Assembly (NCBI GenBank): GCA_963785725.1
Contig: CAWAWS010000020.1
Coordinates: forward strand, 192,001-256,000
Source of the DNA: an uncultured delta proteobacterium
GTDB taxonomy: Bacteria > Myxococcota_A > Polyangia > Palsa-1104
Direction of reading: 5' to 3'
Length of the DNA: 64,000 bases
Position 1 is the stretch's first letter. Each line of letters starts with the position of its first letter. Below, one piece after another: positions 51,858-61,227 of the stretch. A program made the position numbers and the translations under genes. The notes under the pieces are model-generated. The model saw nothing but the letters and a program-made list of their open reading frames with translations. It was not told the origin of the DNA and made no database searches.

Positions 51858-53711
51858 TCAGCCGGCGACGGCGCGCCGCGTGCCGGCGACCTTGGGGACG
51901 CGCTCGCCGTCGGCGTCGAGGCGGCGCGCTTCGGCCGCGATGATGTCGCCGCGCGTGAGGATGCCGACCAGCTGCCCCGACGGCGCGCGCGCGACGACCG
52001 GCAGCCGGCCGACGCCGTGACGCGCCATCACGTCGACGGCCTCGCGCAGCGACTGATCGGCGTGCAGCACGATCGGTCGCCGTCGTGGCAGCGTCGCCAA
52101 GCGCGCCAACGGGTCGAGGTCGGCGACCGCGAGGTCACGCCGCGTCAGCACGCCGACGACGTGGCCGGCGCCGTCGACGAGCGGGAAGCCTTGATGGGCG
52201 GCGCCGCTGCCGGCGGCCAAGAGGTCGCGCGCGGCGGCGATGGTCGAGGTCGCCGCCAGCGTCACCACCGCGCGCGACATGTGCGCGGCGACCGTGCGTG
52301 AGGCCAAAAAGTCGGCCAGATATTCGCCGGCGACGTGCACGCCACGGCGCGCGATCTTCTCGGTCATGATCGAGTTGCGCATCACCAAGCAGGCGACGAG
52401 GTGAGCGGCGGCGCCGCCGCCGAGCAGCGGCAGGAGGCCGACCGGCTGGCGCGTCGTCTCGTACGCGAACACCACCGAGGCCAAGAGCGCGCGCGAGGCG
52501 CCGGCGAACATCGCCGCCATGCCGACGAGGCCGGCCAGGCGCGCATCGACGCCGAGCGCCGGCAAGACCGCGGCGATGCCGGCGCCGAGCAGCGCGCCCA
52601 CGCCGCCGCCGACGGTGAAGAGCGGCGCCAGCGTGCCGCCGGACGTGCCCGAGCCGAGCGCCACCGTCCACGACACGAGCTTGAGCACGCACAGGATTGC
52701 CAGGGCGCGGCCGGCGATGGAGCCGGAGACGATCGCGTCCAAGTTGTCGTAACCGACGCCGAGCGTGTGCGGCGCGACGAAGCCGACGGCGCCGACGACG
52801 ACGCCGCCGAGCGCCGGCCACCACATCCAATGAATCGGCAGCCGCTCGAAGGCATCCTCGACGGCGTAGACGGCGCGCGTCACCGCCACCGAGATGAGGC
52901 CGGTCAAGGCGCCGATGAGGACGTAGACGACGAGCGCGCCGCTCGACGGCTGCGCCAGCGCCGGCATCGCGAAGGCTGCGGCCGCGCCCACGACGGCGTA
53001 GCGAGCGGCGGTCGCCGTGACCGCGGCCAGCGCGACCGGGATGAGCGAGCGGGCGCGATACTCGAACAGGAGGAGCTCGACCGCCAAGAGCAGCGCCGAC
53101 AGCGGCGCGCCGAACGTCGCGGCCATGCCGGCGGCCGCGCCGGCGGCCAGCAGCGTCTTGCGCTCCTGCGCGCTCATGCGGATGCGCTGGCCGACGAGCG
53201 AGCCGAGCGCGCCGCCGGTGGCGATGATCGGCCCTTCGGCGCCGAACGGGCCGCCGCTGCCGATCGACAGCGCCGCCGACAGCGGCTTGAGCAGCGTCAG
53301 CCGCGCCGGAATGCGGCTCTCGTTGGTGAGCACCTGCTCCATCGCCTCGGGGATGCCGTGGCCGCGAATGGCGCGCGAGCCGTAGCGGGCCATGAGGCCG
53401 ACGACGATGGCGCCCGCCACCGGCACGAGCACGACCCACGGCCCGAGATGATTGTCGGCCGGCGACACCGGCGCCACCGACCAGCGGCCGAAAAAGCACA
53501 GGTTGGTCACGAAGGCGATGAGCCGCGTCAACAGCTGCGCCACCGCCGCCGCGGCCAGGCCGAGCGCGATCGCCAGCGCGCTCACGAACACGACGCGGCG
53601 GTCGACGAGCGAGCGGCGCGGCTCGTGCGCGGCCGGCACCGTCAGCGAAGGCGCCACCGGCAGCGCGCCCGCTTCGATCACCGGCGGTGGCGTAATTATA
53701 TGGTGTCCCAT
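51858..53711 (-). CDS. ClC chloride channel/antiporter with CBS domains
   Basis: GHGIPE, GAEGP, GTSGGTLAP, C-terminal CBS pair. Confidence 0.92.
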   Translation of the reverse strand: MGHHIITPPPVIEAGALPVAPSLTVPAAHEPRRSLVDRRVVFVSALAIALGLAAAAVAQLLTRLIAFVTNLCFFGRWSVAPVSPADNHLGPWVVLVPVAGAIVVGLMARYGSRAIRGHGIPEAMEQVLTNESRIPARLTLLKPLSAALSIGSGGPFGAEGPIIATGGALGSLVGQRIRMSAQERKTLLAAGAAAGMAATFGAPLSALLLAVELLLFEYRARSLIPVALAAVTATAARYAVVGAAAAFAMPALAQPSSGALVVYVLIGALTGLISVAVTRAVYAVEDAFERLPIHWMWWPALGGVVVGAVGFVAPHTLGVGYDNLDAIVSGSIAGRALAILCVLKLVSWTVALGSGTSGGTLAPLFTVGGGVGALLGAGIAAVLPALGVDARLAGLVGMAAMFAGASRALLASVVFAYETTRQPVGLLPLLGGGAAAHLVACLVMRNSIMTEKIARRGVHVAGEYLADFLASRTVAAHMSRAVVTLAATSTIAAARDLLAAGSGAAHQGFPLVDGAGHVVGVLTRRDLAVADLDPLARLATLPRRRPIVLHADQSLREAVDVMARHGVGRLPVVARAPSGQLVGILTRGDIIAAEARRLDADGERVPKVAGTRRAVAG

Positions 53712-53732
53712 TTATTTGGATCCCATATAATT
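53694..53732. promoter_or_regulatory. AT-rich palindromic operator over the ClC start codon
   Basis: AATTATATGG...CCATATAATT perfect 10-bp arms enclosing two tandem half-palindromic boxes. Confidence 0.65.
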
Positions 53733-53961
53733 CACGAAAGAGGCAGCGTCAACCTGCGACAGTCGCGATCGTGCGACCGCGCATGGGGCGGCGGGACGGA
53801 GGCGCGGACGCCGAAGCGACGGTCGATTTCGGCGAGCGACGATCTCGGCGCGCGACGATCGATTCCGGAGGATGGTGGGCTCGGCGGGCGGCCCCCGCCG
53901 CCCGCCCTAAATTATCGTCACCGGCGCCGAAAAGTTGCTACCTGCCGCCTGCTCGAATCCG

Positions 53962-56121
53962 TCAGTGCGTATTGTAGATTCCGACGCGGTATTCACCCCG
54001 CCCGTCGTCGACCTTGGCCTGGAAGTGGTACAAGCCGGCGACTGCCGTGCAGTACGTCATGCGCGCGTGCGGCGACGACTCGCGGATGTCTTTGACCCGC
54101 TTGCCGTTCGGCCCCCACAAGTACAAATACAGCCCTTTGACGCCGTCGCCACCTTCGCCGAAGAACGTGTAGCACTGGGCGACGGGCAGCTGGACGTACC
54201 AATCGCTGCGCCCGCCTTCGTCGGCGGCGACGCCGCGATAGATGTCGCCGAGGCGGTGCACGCCCGGCTCGGCCTGCGCCGCCGTGCGCTCGACCAACGC
54301 GCTCAGCGCATCCGACGGTCGCGCCGGCGCGGCCGGCTTCGACGGCGCTTTCGCCGCCGGCGCCGGCGCGCCATACGGCTCGAGCGGCGCGTCCTTGTCG
54401 GCGGCGTGCGCGCCCTTCCCGACCGTCTTGCCGGCGACGGCAGCCGGCTTGACCGCCGCCGCCGCCGCCTTTGCCGGCGCCGTCGTCTTCGTCGCGGCCG
54501 CGTCCTTGCCGCCCGGCCCGCTCGCGACCACGCGGCCCGTCTTGTGCGCGCGCTCCAACGTCACCATCACTTTGTGCGCGGCCGCGGGGTCGATCGCGAC
54601 CGTCTTGTCCGCGAACCCGTCCTTGCGCAAAAGGACGCTCGCCGGCGCCGCCAACGCCAGCGTCTCCGGCGTCTCGCCCACGACCTTGTCGTCACGAATG
54701 ATCTGCGCGCCCGTCGGCACCGAGTCGACGATGACCTGCGTCGCCGGCGGCTGCGGAATCGCCGGCGGCGTCGGTGCCGGCGCGATCGGCTGCGGCGTCG
54801 GCGGCCCATTCGCGACGACCGGCGCCGGCGCATGCGGCCACAAACGCCAACCGAGCGCGCAGACGATGACGAGCGCCGCCAACGCCAACCCGACATTGCG
54901 CGGCGTATTCGATCGCACCGCCGCGAGCTGCGCGCTCGTCGACGGCGGCATCGTCGCCGGCGGCGCGTCCGTCGTCGCCGGCGGATTCGTCAGCGGCGGA
55001 TTCGACGACGGCGCGTTCGTCAGCGGCGGATTCGACCGTCGCATCGGCGCCGCGGTCACCGGCGGCGCCTCGCTCAGCGCCGCGGCGCCGCCGGCGACCG
55101 CCGGCATGTTGCGATCGGCGCCCTTCCTGGTACCGGGCGGTACCGGCGTCGGCGTGCGCGCGGCCGCCGTCGACGGCGCCGCCGGCAAGGTCGCGGCCAC
55201 CGCCTGCAGCGCCGCGACGAGCTCGCCCATCGTCGCAAAGCGCGCCGCCGGCTCCTTCGCCAGCGCGTGCATGATCGTCGCCTCCAGCGCCGGCGGAATC
55301 TCGCGCTCGGGCGCCAGCCGCGACGGCGCCACCGGCGTGGCCGCGATCTGCTGACTCAAGATCTGCACCGACGACTCACCGCCGAACGGCACCGATCCCG
55401 TCGCCGTCTCGTACAAAATCACGCCCAGCGCGTAGACGTCGGCGCGCGCATCGGCCGGCTGACCTTTGGCCTGCTCGGGCGACATATAAAGCGGCGTGCC
55501 GAAAATCGCGCCCGTCCGCGTCAGATTCGACGGCTCGTCGGCACCCGTCACTTTGGCGATGCCGAAGTCGAGAATCTTCGCCACCTGCGCGCTGCCTTTA
55601 CGCGCGAGGAAGATATTCTCCGGCTTCATATCGCGATGCACGATCCCTTTGTCGTGCGCCGCCGCCAACCCTTGTCCGACGGCAATCAAGATCGCCAGCG
55701 CCTCGGGCAGCATGAGCGGCGGACCATCGCGCATGCGCTCGGCCAGCGACTGCCCGTCGAGAAACTCCATCGCCAAATAGACTTCGCCCGAAGGCAGCGT
55801 CGCGAAGTCATCGATCTCGACGATGTTGGCGTGGCCGATCGAGGATGCAGCCCACGCTTCCTGCCGAAACCGCGCCAAGGACGACGCCGAGCCGACGACC
55901 TCGGGCTTGAGCAGCTTCAGCGCGAAACGCTTGTTGATGTTGAGGTGCTGCGCCTCGAACACCTGCCCCATGCCGCCTTCGCCGAGCAAACGCACGATGC
56001 GATAACGATCGGCCAACACTTTGCCGATGAGCCCGGCGCCGCCTTCGAGCAGCAGCGCGGTTCCGTCAGTCGCACAAAAAGCCCCGGCTTCATAGTGCGC
56101 TTTACACGTGGGACAGATCAT
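53962..56121 (-). CDS. membrane Ser/Thr kinase (Zn ribbon, kinase, TM, PEGA-like, C-terminal beta domain)
   Basis: CPTC...CATD, LGEGGMG, HRDMKPEN, DFG, GTPLYMSPEQ, DSVPTGA. Confidence 0.92.
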   Translation of the reverse strand: MICPTCKAHYEAGAFCATDGTALLLEGGAGLIGKVLADRYRIVRLLGEGGMGQVFEAQHLNINKRFALKLLKPEVVGSASSLARFRQEAWAASSIGHANIVEIDDFATLPSGEVYLAMEFLDGQSLAERMRDGPPLMLPEALAILIAVGQGLAAAHDKGIVHRDMKPENIFLARKGSAQVAKILDFGIAKVTGADEPSNLTRTGAIFGTPLYMSPEQAKGQPADARADVYALGVILYETATGSVPFGGESSVQILSQQIAATPVAPSRLAPEREIPPALEATIMHALAKEPAARFATMGELVAALQAVAATLPAAPSTAAARTPTPVPPGTRKGADRNMPAVAGGAAALSEAPPVTAAPMRRSNPPLTNAPSSNPPLTNPPATTDAPPATMPPSTSAQLAAVRSNTPRNVGLALAALVIVCALGWRLWPHAPAPVVANGPPTPQPIAPAPTPPAIPQPPATQVIVDSVPTGAQIIRDDKVVGETPETLALAAPASVLLRKDGFADKTVAIDPAAAHKVMVTLERAHKTGRVVASGPGGKDAAATKTTAPAKAAAAAVKPAAVAGKTVGKGAHAADKDAPLEPYGAPAPAAKAPSKPAAPARPSDALSALVERTAAQAEPGVHRLGDIYRGVAADEGGRSDWYVQLPVAQCYTFFGEGGDGVKGLYLYLWGPNGKRVKDIRESSPHARMTYCTAVAGLYHFQAKVDDGRGEYRVGIYNTH

Positions 56122-56126
56122 GACGA

Positions 56127-56750
56127 TTAGATCACGTACGGAATGATGAGCTTGGTTTGCGCTTTGTATTGCGCGAATGTCGGATAACGCGAGAGCGACT
56201 TATCCTTCCGCACCATATTCGGGATCCAAACGGTGGCGATGATCAGCGTCAGCGCCGCCAGTGGAATCCAGCTCATCGGCAACAGCGAAAATCCCGCGTA
56301 AATGAGCAGCTCGCCGAGATAGTTCGGATTACGAACCAATCCCCATAAGCCTTCGGTGAGCAGCGTGCCGCGGCGATGGGCCATCGACATATGCTTCTGC
56401 ATGTCACTGGCGAAATGCAGGAATACACCGAACGTATACATCGAAATGCAGACGCATAAGAACCAAGGCGGCGCGACGCGGGCACGGCCGGTGACGATGA
56501 GCCACGGCGAAATCCAATAGAGCGACAGCGTCGCCCAGGTGCCGAGGCCGAGCCAAAGCGGGACGTCGCGCTCCCAATTCTTGTCGCCGTAATACTTACT
56601 CTTGAGCATCCATAAGACGCCATAAGTGCCGTGCAGCGCCAAATAGATCCAGGCGACGACATTGTCCCACGCGTGATACCAGGCGATGAGACCGAGGACG
56701 AAAGGGCCGGTCATGCCCTTGTGCGAGTCGATCCAGTATTTGTGCTTCAC
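56127..56750 (-). CDS. DUF1295 / steroid 5-alpha-reductase-like membrane protein
   Basis: SDMQK, GLWGLVRNPNYLGE, KDKSLSRY. Confidence 0.8.
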   Translation of the reverse strand: MKHKYWIDSHKGMTGPFVLGLIAWYHAWDNVVAWIYLALHGTYGVLWMLKSKYYGDKNWERDVPLWLGLGTWATLSLYWISPWLIVTGRARVAPPWFLCVCISMYTFGVFLHFASDMQKHMSMAHRRGTLLTEGLWGLVRNPNYLGELLIYAGFSLLPMSWIPLAALTLIIATVWIPNMVRKDKSLSRYPTFAQYKAQTKLIIPYVI

Positions 56751-56827
56751 GGGCAAAGTCTAGAACAGCGGCGACGCGGGCACCAGACGTCGCGGAAGGT
56801 CGGACCGGCGGCGCGCGTACACTGAGG

Positions 56828-57676
56828 ATGTTCGCGCTGCTCCTCCTGACGCTGGCAGGCACGCTGCCCGACCACGGCATCTATCCCGAGCTGGCCGCGC
56901 AGGTGACGCTGGAGTCGCCGCGCCACGTCGATCCGGCGCGGAATTGGCTGCGCATCGATCGGCACCATCACATTGGTACACTGTACGACGGCGATGATCC
57001 GCTAGCGCTTTATCCGCTCGATCATGCCGGACGGCTCGCGGTCGAGCCGGCGGCCGCCGCCGAGCTGAGCGCGCTGCGCACGGTCACCGGCGCGCCGTCG
57101 CCGGACGAAGATCGCGACGGCGACGGCATCGTCGATCGCTTGGACGTGCTCCTTGGCGCCAAGAAGCTGCTCTATAACGGAGCCCGCTATATCGAGCGTT
57201 ATGTCAGCATTCCTTATCCCGACGGCGACGTGCCGCGGGACGAAGGGGTGTGCAGCGACACCGTCATTCGCGCGCTGCGCAACGCCGGGCTCGATCTGCA
57301 GCGCGCCGTGCACGAGGATATTCTGCGCGCGCCGGCGGCCTATCCAATGGTCGAGCACGTCGACGCCAGCATCAATCATCGGCGCGTGCGCACGTTGTTG
57401 CCGTGGTTCGAGCGGCATTGGCGGCGTCTGCCGGCAGGTAACGACTATCGTCCCGGCGATATCGTCTTCTTCGACACCATGCCGACGCGACCGGGGCCGG
57501 ATCATATCGGCGTCGTCAGCGATCGGCACAATCGCGACGGATTGCCGCTCGTCATCAACAACTGGACCGATGGCGCCACCGACGCCGAGATGGATCTTCT
57601 ATCGTGGGTGCCGGTCACGCATCACTATCGTTGGTCAACTCACTTGACGACTGGCGGTAAATCCCAGCTACGCTGA
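56828..57676 (+). CDS. DUF1287 (YijF-like) protein
   Basis: YPDGDVP..EGVCSDTVIRALR, INHRRV, PGDIV, HIGVVSD. Confidence 0.88.
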   Translation: MFALLLLTLAGTLPDHGIYPELAAQVTLESPRHVDPARNWLRIDRHHHIGTLYDGDDPLALYPLDHAGRLAVEPAAAAELSALRTVTGAPSPDEDRDGDGIVDRLDVLLGAKKLLYNGARYIERYVSIPYPDGDVPRDEGVCSDTVIRALRNAGLDLQRAVHEDILRAPAAYPMVEHVDASINHRRVRTLLPWFERHWRRLPAGNDYRPGDIVFFDTMPTRPGPDHIGVVSDRHNRDGLPLVINNWTDGATDAEMDLLSWVPVTHHYRWSTHLTTGGKSQLR

Positions 57677-58455
57677 AGCTGCGCGTAGGTCGCGCGCGGC
57701 AGCTGCACGAGCACGGTGCGGCTGTCGAGCCAAGGCAACAGCTGGCGCAGCGACGAGAGCGCCATCGCCGTGCAGCCGACGGTGGGCGCGTTGGCGCGGC
57801 GCCACACGTGTAAGAAGACGCAGCTGCCGCGGCCGGGAACGCGCGCGGCGTTGTGGCGCACGAAGACGGTAAAGCGATAGAGCCCGTCGTCGCGGCGCAT
57901 CTTCTCGGCGGAGCTCCACGGCGGCGCGCTGTCGGGCGCGTCGATGAGCCGGTTGTAATATTGCGGCGCGGCGACGTCGTCGACGCAGCGCAGGCTGGGC
58001 GTGGCGGCGCGATAGGCGAGCTGCAAGCCGGGCGGCGGCACGGCGTCGTAGCCGGTGACGTCGCCGAGCGTGAAGAGGCCGGCGGGCGCGCGGCCGTCGC
58101 CTTCGCGCTTGTCGGGCCCGTCACTGTGCGGCGGGCGCGGCGTGATGCCGTCGCCCCAGCCGAGCCCGGCTTTGCCGACAGCGACCGGCACCGCGTCGCC
58201 GACGGGCCGCCAGGACGCGGACGGCGCGGCGCGCTCGAACCGATGCAGCGTGCCCGTCGTCGCGTCCCAGCCGTCGGTGACGACGACCAGCGCTCGCCGC
58301 ATCCCGGCCATCACCGCCGGGGACGACGCGATCCCGCCGTTCTCGTCCGTCTTCGTCGCCGCCGAGGTGCGCTGCGCGCGCGCCGCCGGCGAAGCCAAGC
58401 TCAGCAGCAAGACCACGGGTGCCTGCCGCAGCTGCAATCGGACGCGAAGACTCAC
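57640..58455 (-). CDS. L,D-transpeptidase family protein
   Basis: KREGDGRAPAG, GSCVFLH, PTVGC; TATGAT 6 nt before GTG. Confidence 0.85.
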   Translation of the reverse strand: MSLRVRLQLRQAPVVLLLSLASPAARAQRTSAATKTDENGGIASSPAVMAGMRRALVVVTDGWDATTGTLHRFERAAPSASWRPVGDAVPVAVGKAGLGWGDGITPRPPHSDGPDKREGDGRAPAGLFTLGDVTGYDAVPPPGLQLAYRAATPSLRCVDDVAAPQYYNRLIDAPDSAPPWSSAEKMRRDDGLYRFTVFVRHNAARVPGRGSCVFLHVWRRANAPTVGCTAMALSSLRQLLPWLDSRTVLVQLPRATYAQLQRSWDLPPVVK

Positions 58456-58602
58456 GCGCCGATCATAACGCCAACGCCGCGGCCGAGCGCGCGACCGTCA
58501 TGAGCCGAAAATGACCGGCGGTCATGAATTCGTGACTGCCGGTCACGACCTGTCGACGCCGCGACCGCGACAGACGCGGCGGCGCGCTGCTATGGTCGCG
58601 CC

Positions 58603-59295
58603 ATGGACACGCTCATCGGCACCAGCGGCTACTCGTACCCGGCGTGGAAGGGGCGCTTTTACCCGAAGAAAATGCCGGCGAAGCAGATGTTGCCGTTCTA
58701 CGCGAGCCACTTCTCGACGGTGGAGATCAACAACACCTTCTACAATATGCCGACGCCGGAGCTGGTGCAGTCGTGGGCCGACGAAGTGCCGGCGACGTTT
58801 CGCTTCGCCATCAAGGCGCCGCAGCGCATCACGCATCATTTGCGGCTCAAGAACGCCGGTGAGCCGCTGCGCGAGCTGTGGTCCTGCGTCGAGCCGCTGG
58901 CGAAAAAGCGCGGGCCGATTCTGTTTCAGCTGCCGCCCAATATGAAGAAGGATGTCGCCGTGCTCGCGACCTTCCTCGCAGAGCTGCCGGCCAAAGCCGC
59001 CGCCGCCTTCGAATTTCGGCACGCGAGCTGGTTCAGCGACGACGTCTACGACCTCTTGCGCGCGCGCAAAGTCGCCTTGTGCATCGCCGACACCGAGGAC
59101 CTGACGACGCCGCTCGTCGCCACCACCAGCTGGGGCTATGCGCGGCTGCGTCGCGAGGACTATTCGGCCGCCGACATTCGCCGCTGGGCCAAGCAGCTCG
59201 GCCAGCAGAAGTGGAAGCGAACCGTCGTCTACTTCAAGCACGAAGACGAAGCGAAAGGTCCACGTTTCGCGCAGTTACTGATCGACGCAATGTAA
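58603..59295 (+). CDS. DUF72 (YecE) family protein
   Basis: IGTSGYSY..W, VEINNTFY, LFQLPP, EFRH.SW, YFKH. Confidence 0.92.
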   Translation: MDTLIGTSGYSYPAWKGRFYPKKMPAKQMLPFYASHFSTVEINNTFYNMPTPELVQSWADEVPATFRFAIKAPQRITHHLRLKNAGEPLRELWSCVEPLAKKRGPILFQLPPNMKKDVAVLATFLAELPAKAAAAFEFRHASWFSDDVYDLLRARKVALCIADTEDLTTPLVATTSWGYARLRREDYSAADIRRWAKQLGQQKWKRTVVYFKHEDEAKGPRFAQLLIDAM

Positions 59296-59345
59296 GAGAT
59301 GTAGGTAATTTGGATACACAACAGGCATCATGCTAGGCTTTTGTC

Positions 59346-60215
59346 ATGGCGATGCGATCGATGGCTTCGGCGACCATCTCCTTCGGGTTGGTCAGTATTC
59401 CCGTCAAGCTCTATGCGGCCACGGAGTCGGGCGGGACAATCTCCTTCAATTTGCTGCACGAAAAATGCGGCTCGCGCTTGAAGCAGCAATACGTCTGCAT
59501 CAAGGAGGAGGTGGTCGTCCCGCGCGAGGAAATGATTAAGGGCTACGAGTTCCAAAAGGGTGAGTACGTCACCTTTAGCGCCGAAGAATTGAAAGAGCTC
59601 GAAGAGACCTCGACGCAGACCGTCGATATCACCGAGTTCGTGCCGTTGGCGCAGGTCGATCCCATCTACTTCGATCGCGCCTATTTCCTCGGTCCCGATA
59701 AGGGCGGCGATCGTCCTTATAAGCTGTTGGCGCGCGCCATGGCCGAGACCGGACGCGCGGCGCTGGCGAAGTATGCGGCGCGCGGCAAGATGTACCTCGT
59801 CCTCTTGCGACCGCTGGAAGAGAAGCTGGTCATGCAGCAGCTGCACTATGCCGACGAAGTGCGCGACATCGGCGAAGTTCCCGTCGGTGACGCGGAGCTG
59901 CGCGAGCCCGAGCTGAAGCTGGCCTTTCAGTTGGTCGAGCAGATCGCGCGCGAGACGTTCAATCCCGACGCTTACGAAGACGAAGTAAAGAAGCGCATCG
60001 AAGAGCAGGTTCAGCGCAAGATCGACGGGCAGCAGATTCAGTCGTTGCCCGATGGCCAAAAGCCGGCGCAAGTGATCGATTTAATGGAAGCGCTCAAAGC
60101 GAGCTTGGCGAAGCAGCCGGCGCCGCCCGCGAAAAAGCCGGCCAAACGCGTCGAAACGGAAGCGCCCGCGAAAGCCACCACCAAGACGACGAAGTCGCGC
60201 GGCTCCAAGTCTTAA
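59346..60215 (+). CDS. ku: NHEJ Ku protein
   Basis: ISFGLVSIPVKLY, KGYE, DPIYF, VIDLMEALKASL, basic tail. Confidence 0.95.
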   Translation: MAMRSMASATISFGLVSIPVKLYAATESGGTISFNLLHEKCGSRLKQQYVCIKEEVVVPREEMIKGYEFQKGEYVTFSAEELKELEETSTQTVDITEFVPLAQVDPIYFDRAYFLGPDKGGDRPYKLLARAMAETGRAALAKYAARGKMYLVLLRPLEEKLVMQQLHYADEVRDIGEVPVGDAELREPELKLAFQLVEQIARETFNPDAYEDEVKKRIEEQVQRKIDGQQIQSLPDGQKPAQVIDLMEALKASLAKQPAPPAKKPAKRVETEAPAKATTKTTKSRGSKS

Positions 60216-60245
60216 TCGGCATACGGACTGCTAAAGGGATATCGA

Positions 60246-61115
60246 GTGGGCTATTCGGCTCAGGATGTGGCGCAGCTATTGGGCGTGTCGCTGCGGCAGA
60301 TAAATGCATTCGTGCGCGCCGGCTTCTTGGCGCCGGCGACGGGCGACGACGGCCACGCGCAGTTCAGCTTTCAGGACGTCGTGTTGTTGCGCACGGCGCA
60401 AGGGCTGGTCGGCGCCGACATCGCGCCGGCGCGGGTCAAGCGCGCACTGAAGAAGCTCAAGCAGCAGCTGCCCGACGGTAAGCCGTTGACGGGTGTGAGC
60501 ATCGCCGCCGAAGGAAACCGCATCGTCGTGCGCGATGGTCGCACGCGCTGGAATCCCGAGTCGGGACAGGCGCTGTTCGATTTTCGCGTCGAAGAGCTGG
60601 CCAAAGACGCGGCGGCGCTGACCGACTTCAAGCCGCGCGCGCACAAAGCCGGTAAGGGACAGGCCAAAGCCGGCGACGGCGCTAAAGCGGACGACGCCGC
60701 CGAATATGGTGAAGATTGGTACGGCGTCGGCTGCGCGCGCGAGGACGAAGGCGATCGCGACGGCGCCATCGCCGCTTATAAGCGAGCGTTGAGCGCGGAC
60801 GAAGCGCACGTGGACGCGCATATCAACTTGGGACGCATGCTGCACGAGCGCGGCGAAACGCCGCAGGCCGTGCGTCATTACGAGCGGGCGTTGGAAATGC
60901 GGCCGGGGGACGCGATCGCGGCGTTCAATCTCGGGGTGGCGCTCGAAGATCAAGAGCGGCTCGACGAGGCGGCGCACGCTTATTTACAAGCGGTATCGAC
61001 GGATCCGCGTTCGGCCGATGCGCATTACAACTTGGCCGGTGTGTACGAGCGAATGGGCGATCGGGCGGGCGCGATTCGGCATTTGCGCGCGTACAAACAG
61101 CTGACGCGGCGCTGA
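60246..61115 (+). CDS. MerR-type HTH + TPR protein
   Basis: YSAQDVAQLLG...FSFQDVVLLR; TPRs AHINLG, AAFNLG, AHYNLA. Confidence 0.85.
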   Translation: MGYSAQDVAQLLGVSLRQINAFVRAGFLAPATGDDGHAQFSFQDVVLLRTAQGLVGADIAPARVKRALKKLKQQLPDGKPLTGVSIAAEGNRIVVRDGRTRWNPESGQALFDFRVEELAKDAAALTDFKPRAHKAGKGQAKAGDGAKADDAAEYGEDWYGVGCAREDEGDRDGAIAAYKRALSADEAHVDAHINLGRMLHERGETPQAVRHYERALEMRPGDAIAAFNLGVALEDQERLDEAAHAYLQAVSTDPRSADAHYNLAGVYERMGDRAGAIRHLRAYKQLTRR

Positions 61116-61123
61116 GCGACGAT

Positions 61124-61219
61124 AGTTAGGCGCCTAACCATCGTCGACCTCGGTTGGTCCATCGCGACCAAAGTTAGGCGCCTGACCGTCGCCGGCCTCG
61201 CTTCGTCCATCGCCGCCAA
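61124..61219. repeat. two-unit 48-bp degenerate tandem repeat with palindromic head
   Basis: AGTTAGGCGCCT(A/G)ACC at 61124 and 61172. Confidence 0.7.
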
Positions 61220-61227
61220 GGCTCGGG

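Noticed and set aside
51858..53960. Fluoride exporter with fluoride riboswitch
   Set aside because: Motifs are GHGIP/GAEGP rather than CLC-F GNNLI/GREGT, and no convincing riboswitch was seen upstream
56127..56750. Lower-GC gene as a genomic island
   Set aside because: Single gene with no integrase, att sites or flanking repeats; aromatic-rich composition explains part of the shift
61124..61219. 48-bp repeat as a mini-CRISPR
   Set aside because: Only two units and the would-be spacers resemble each other
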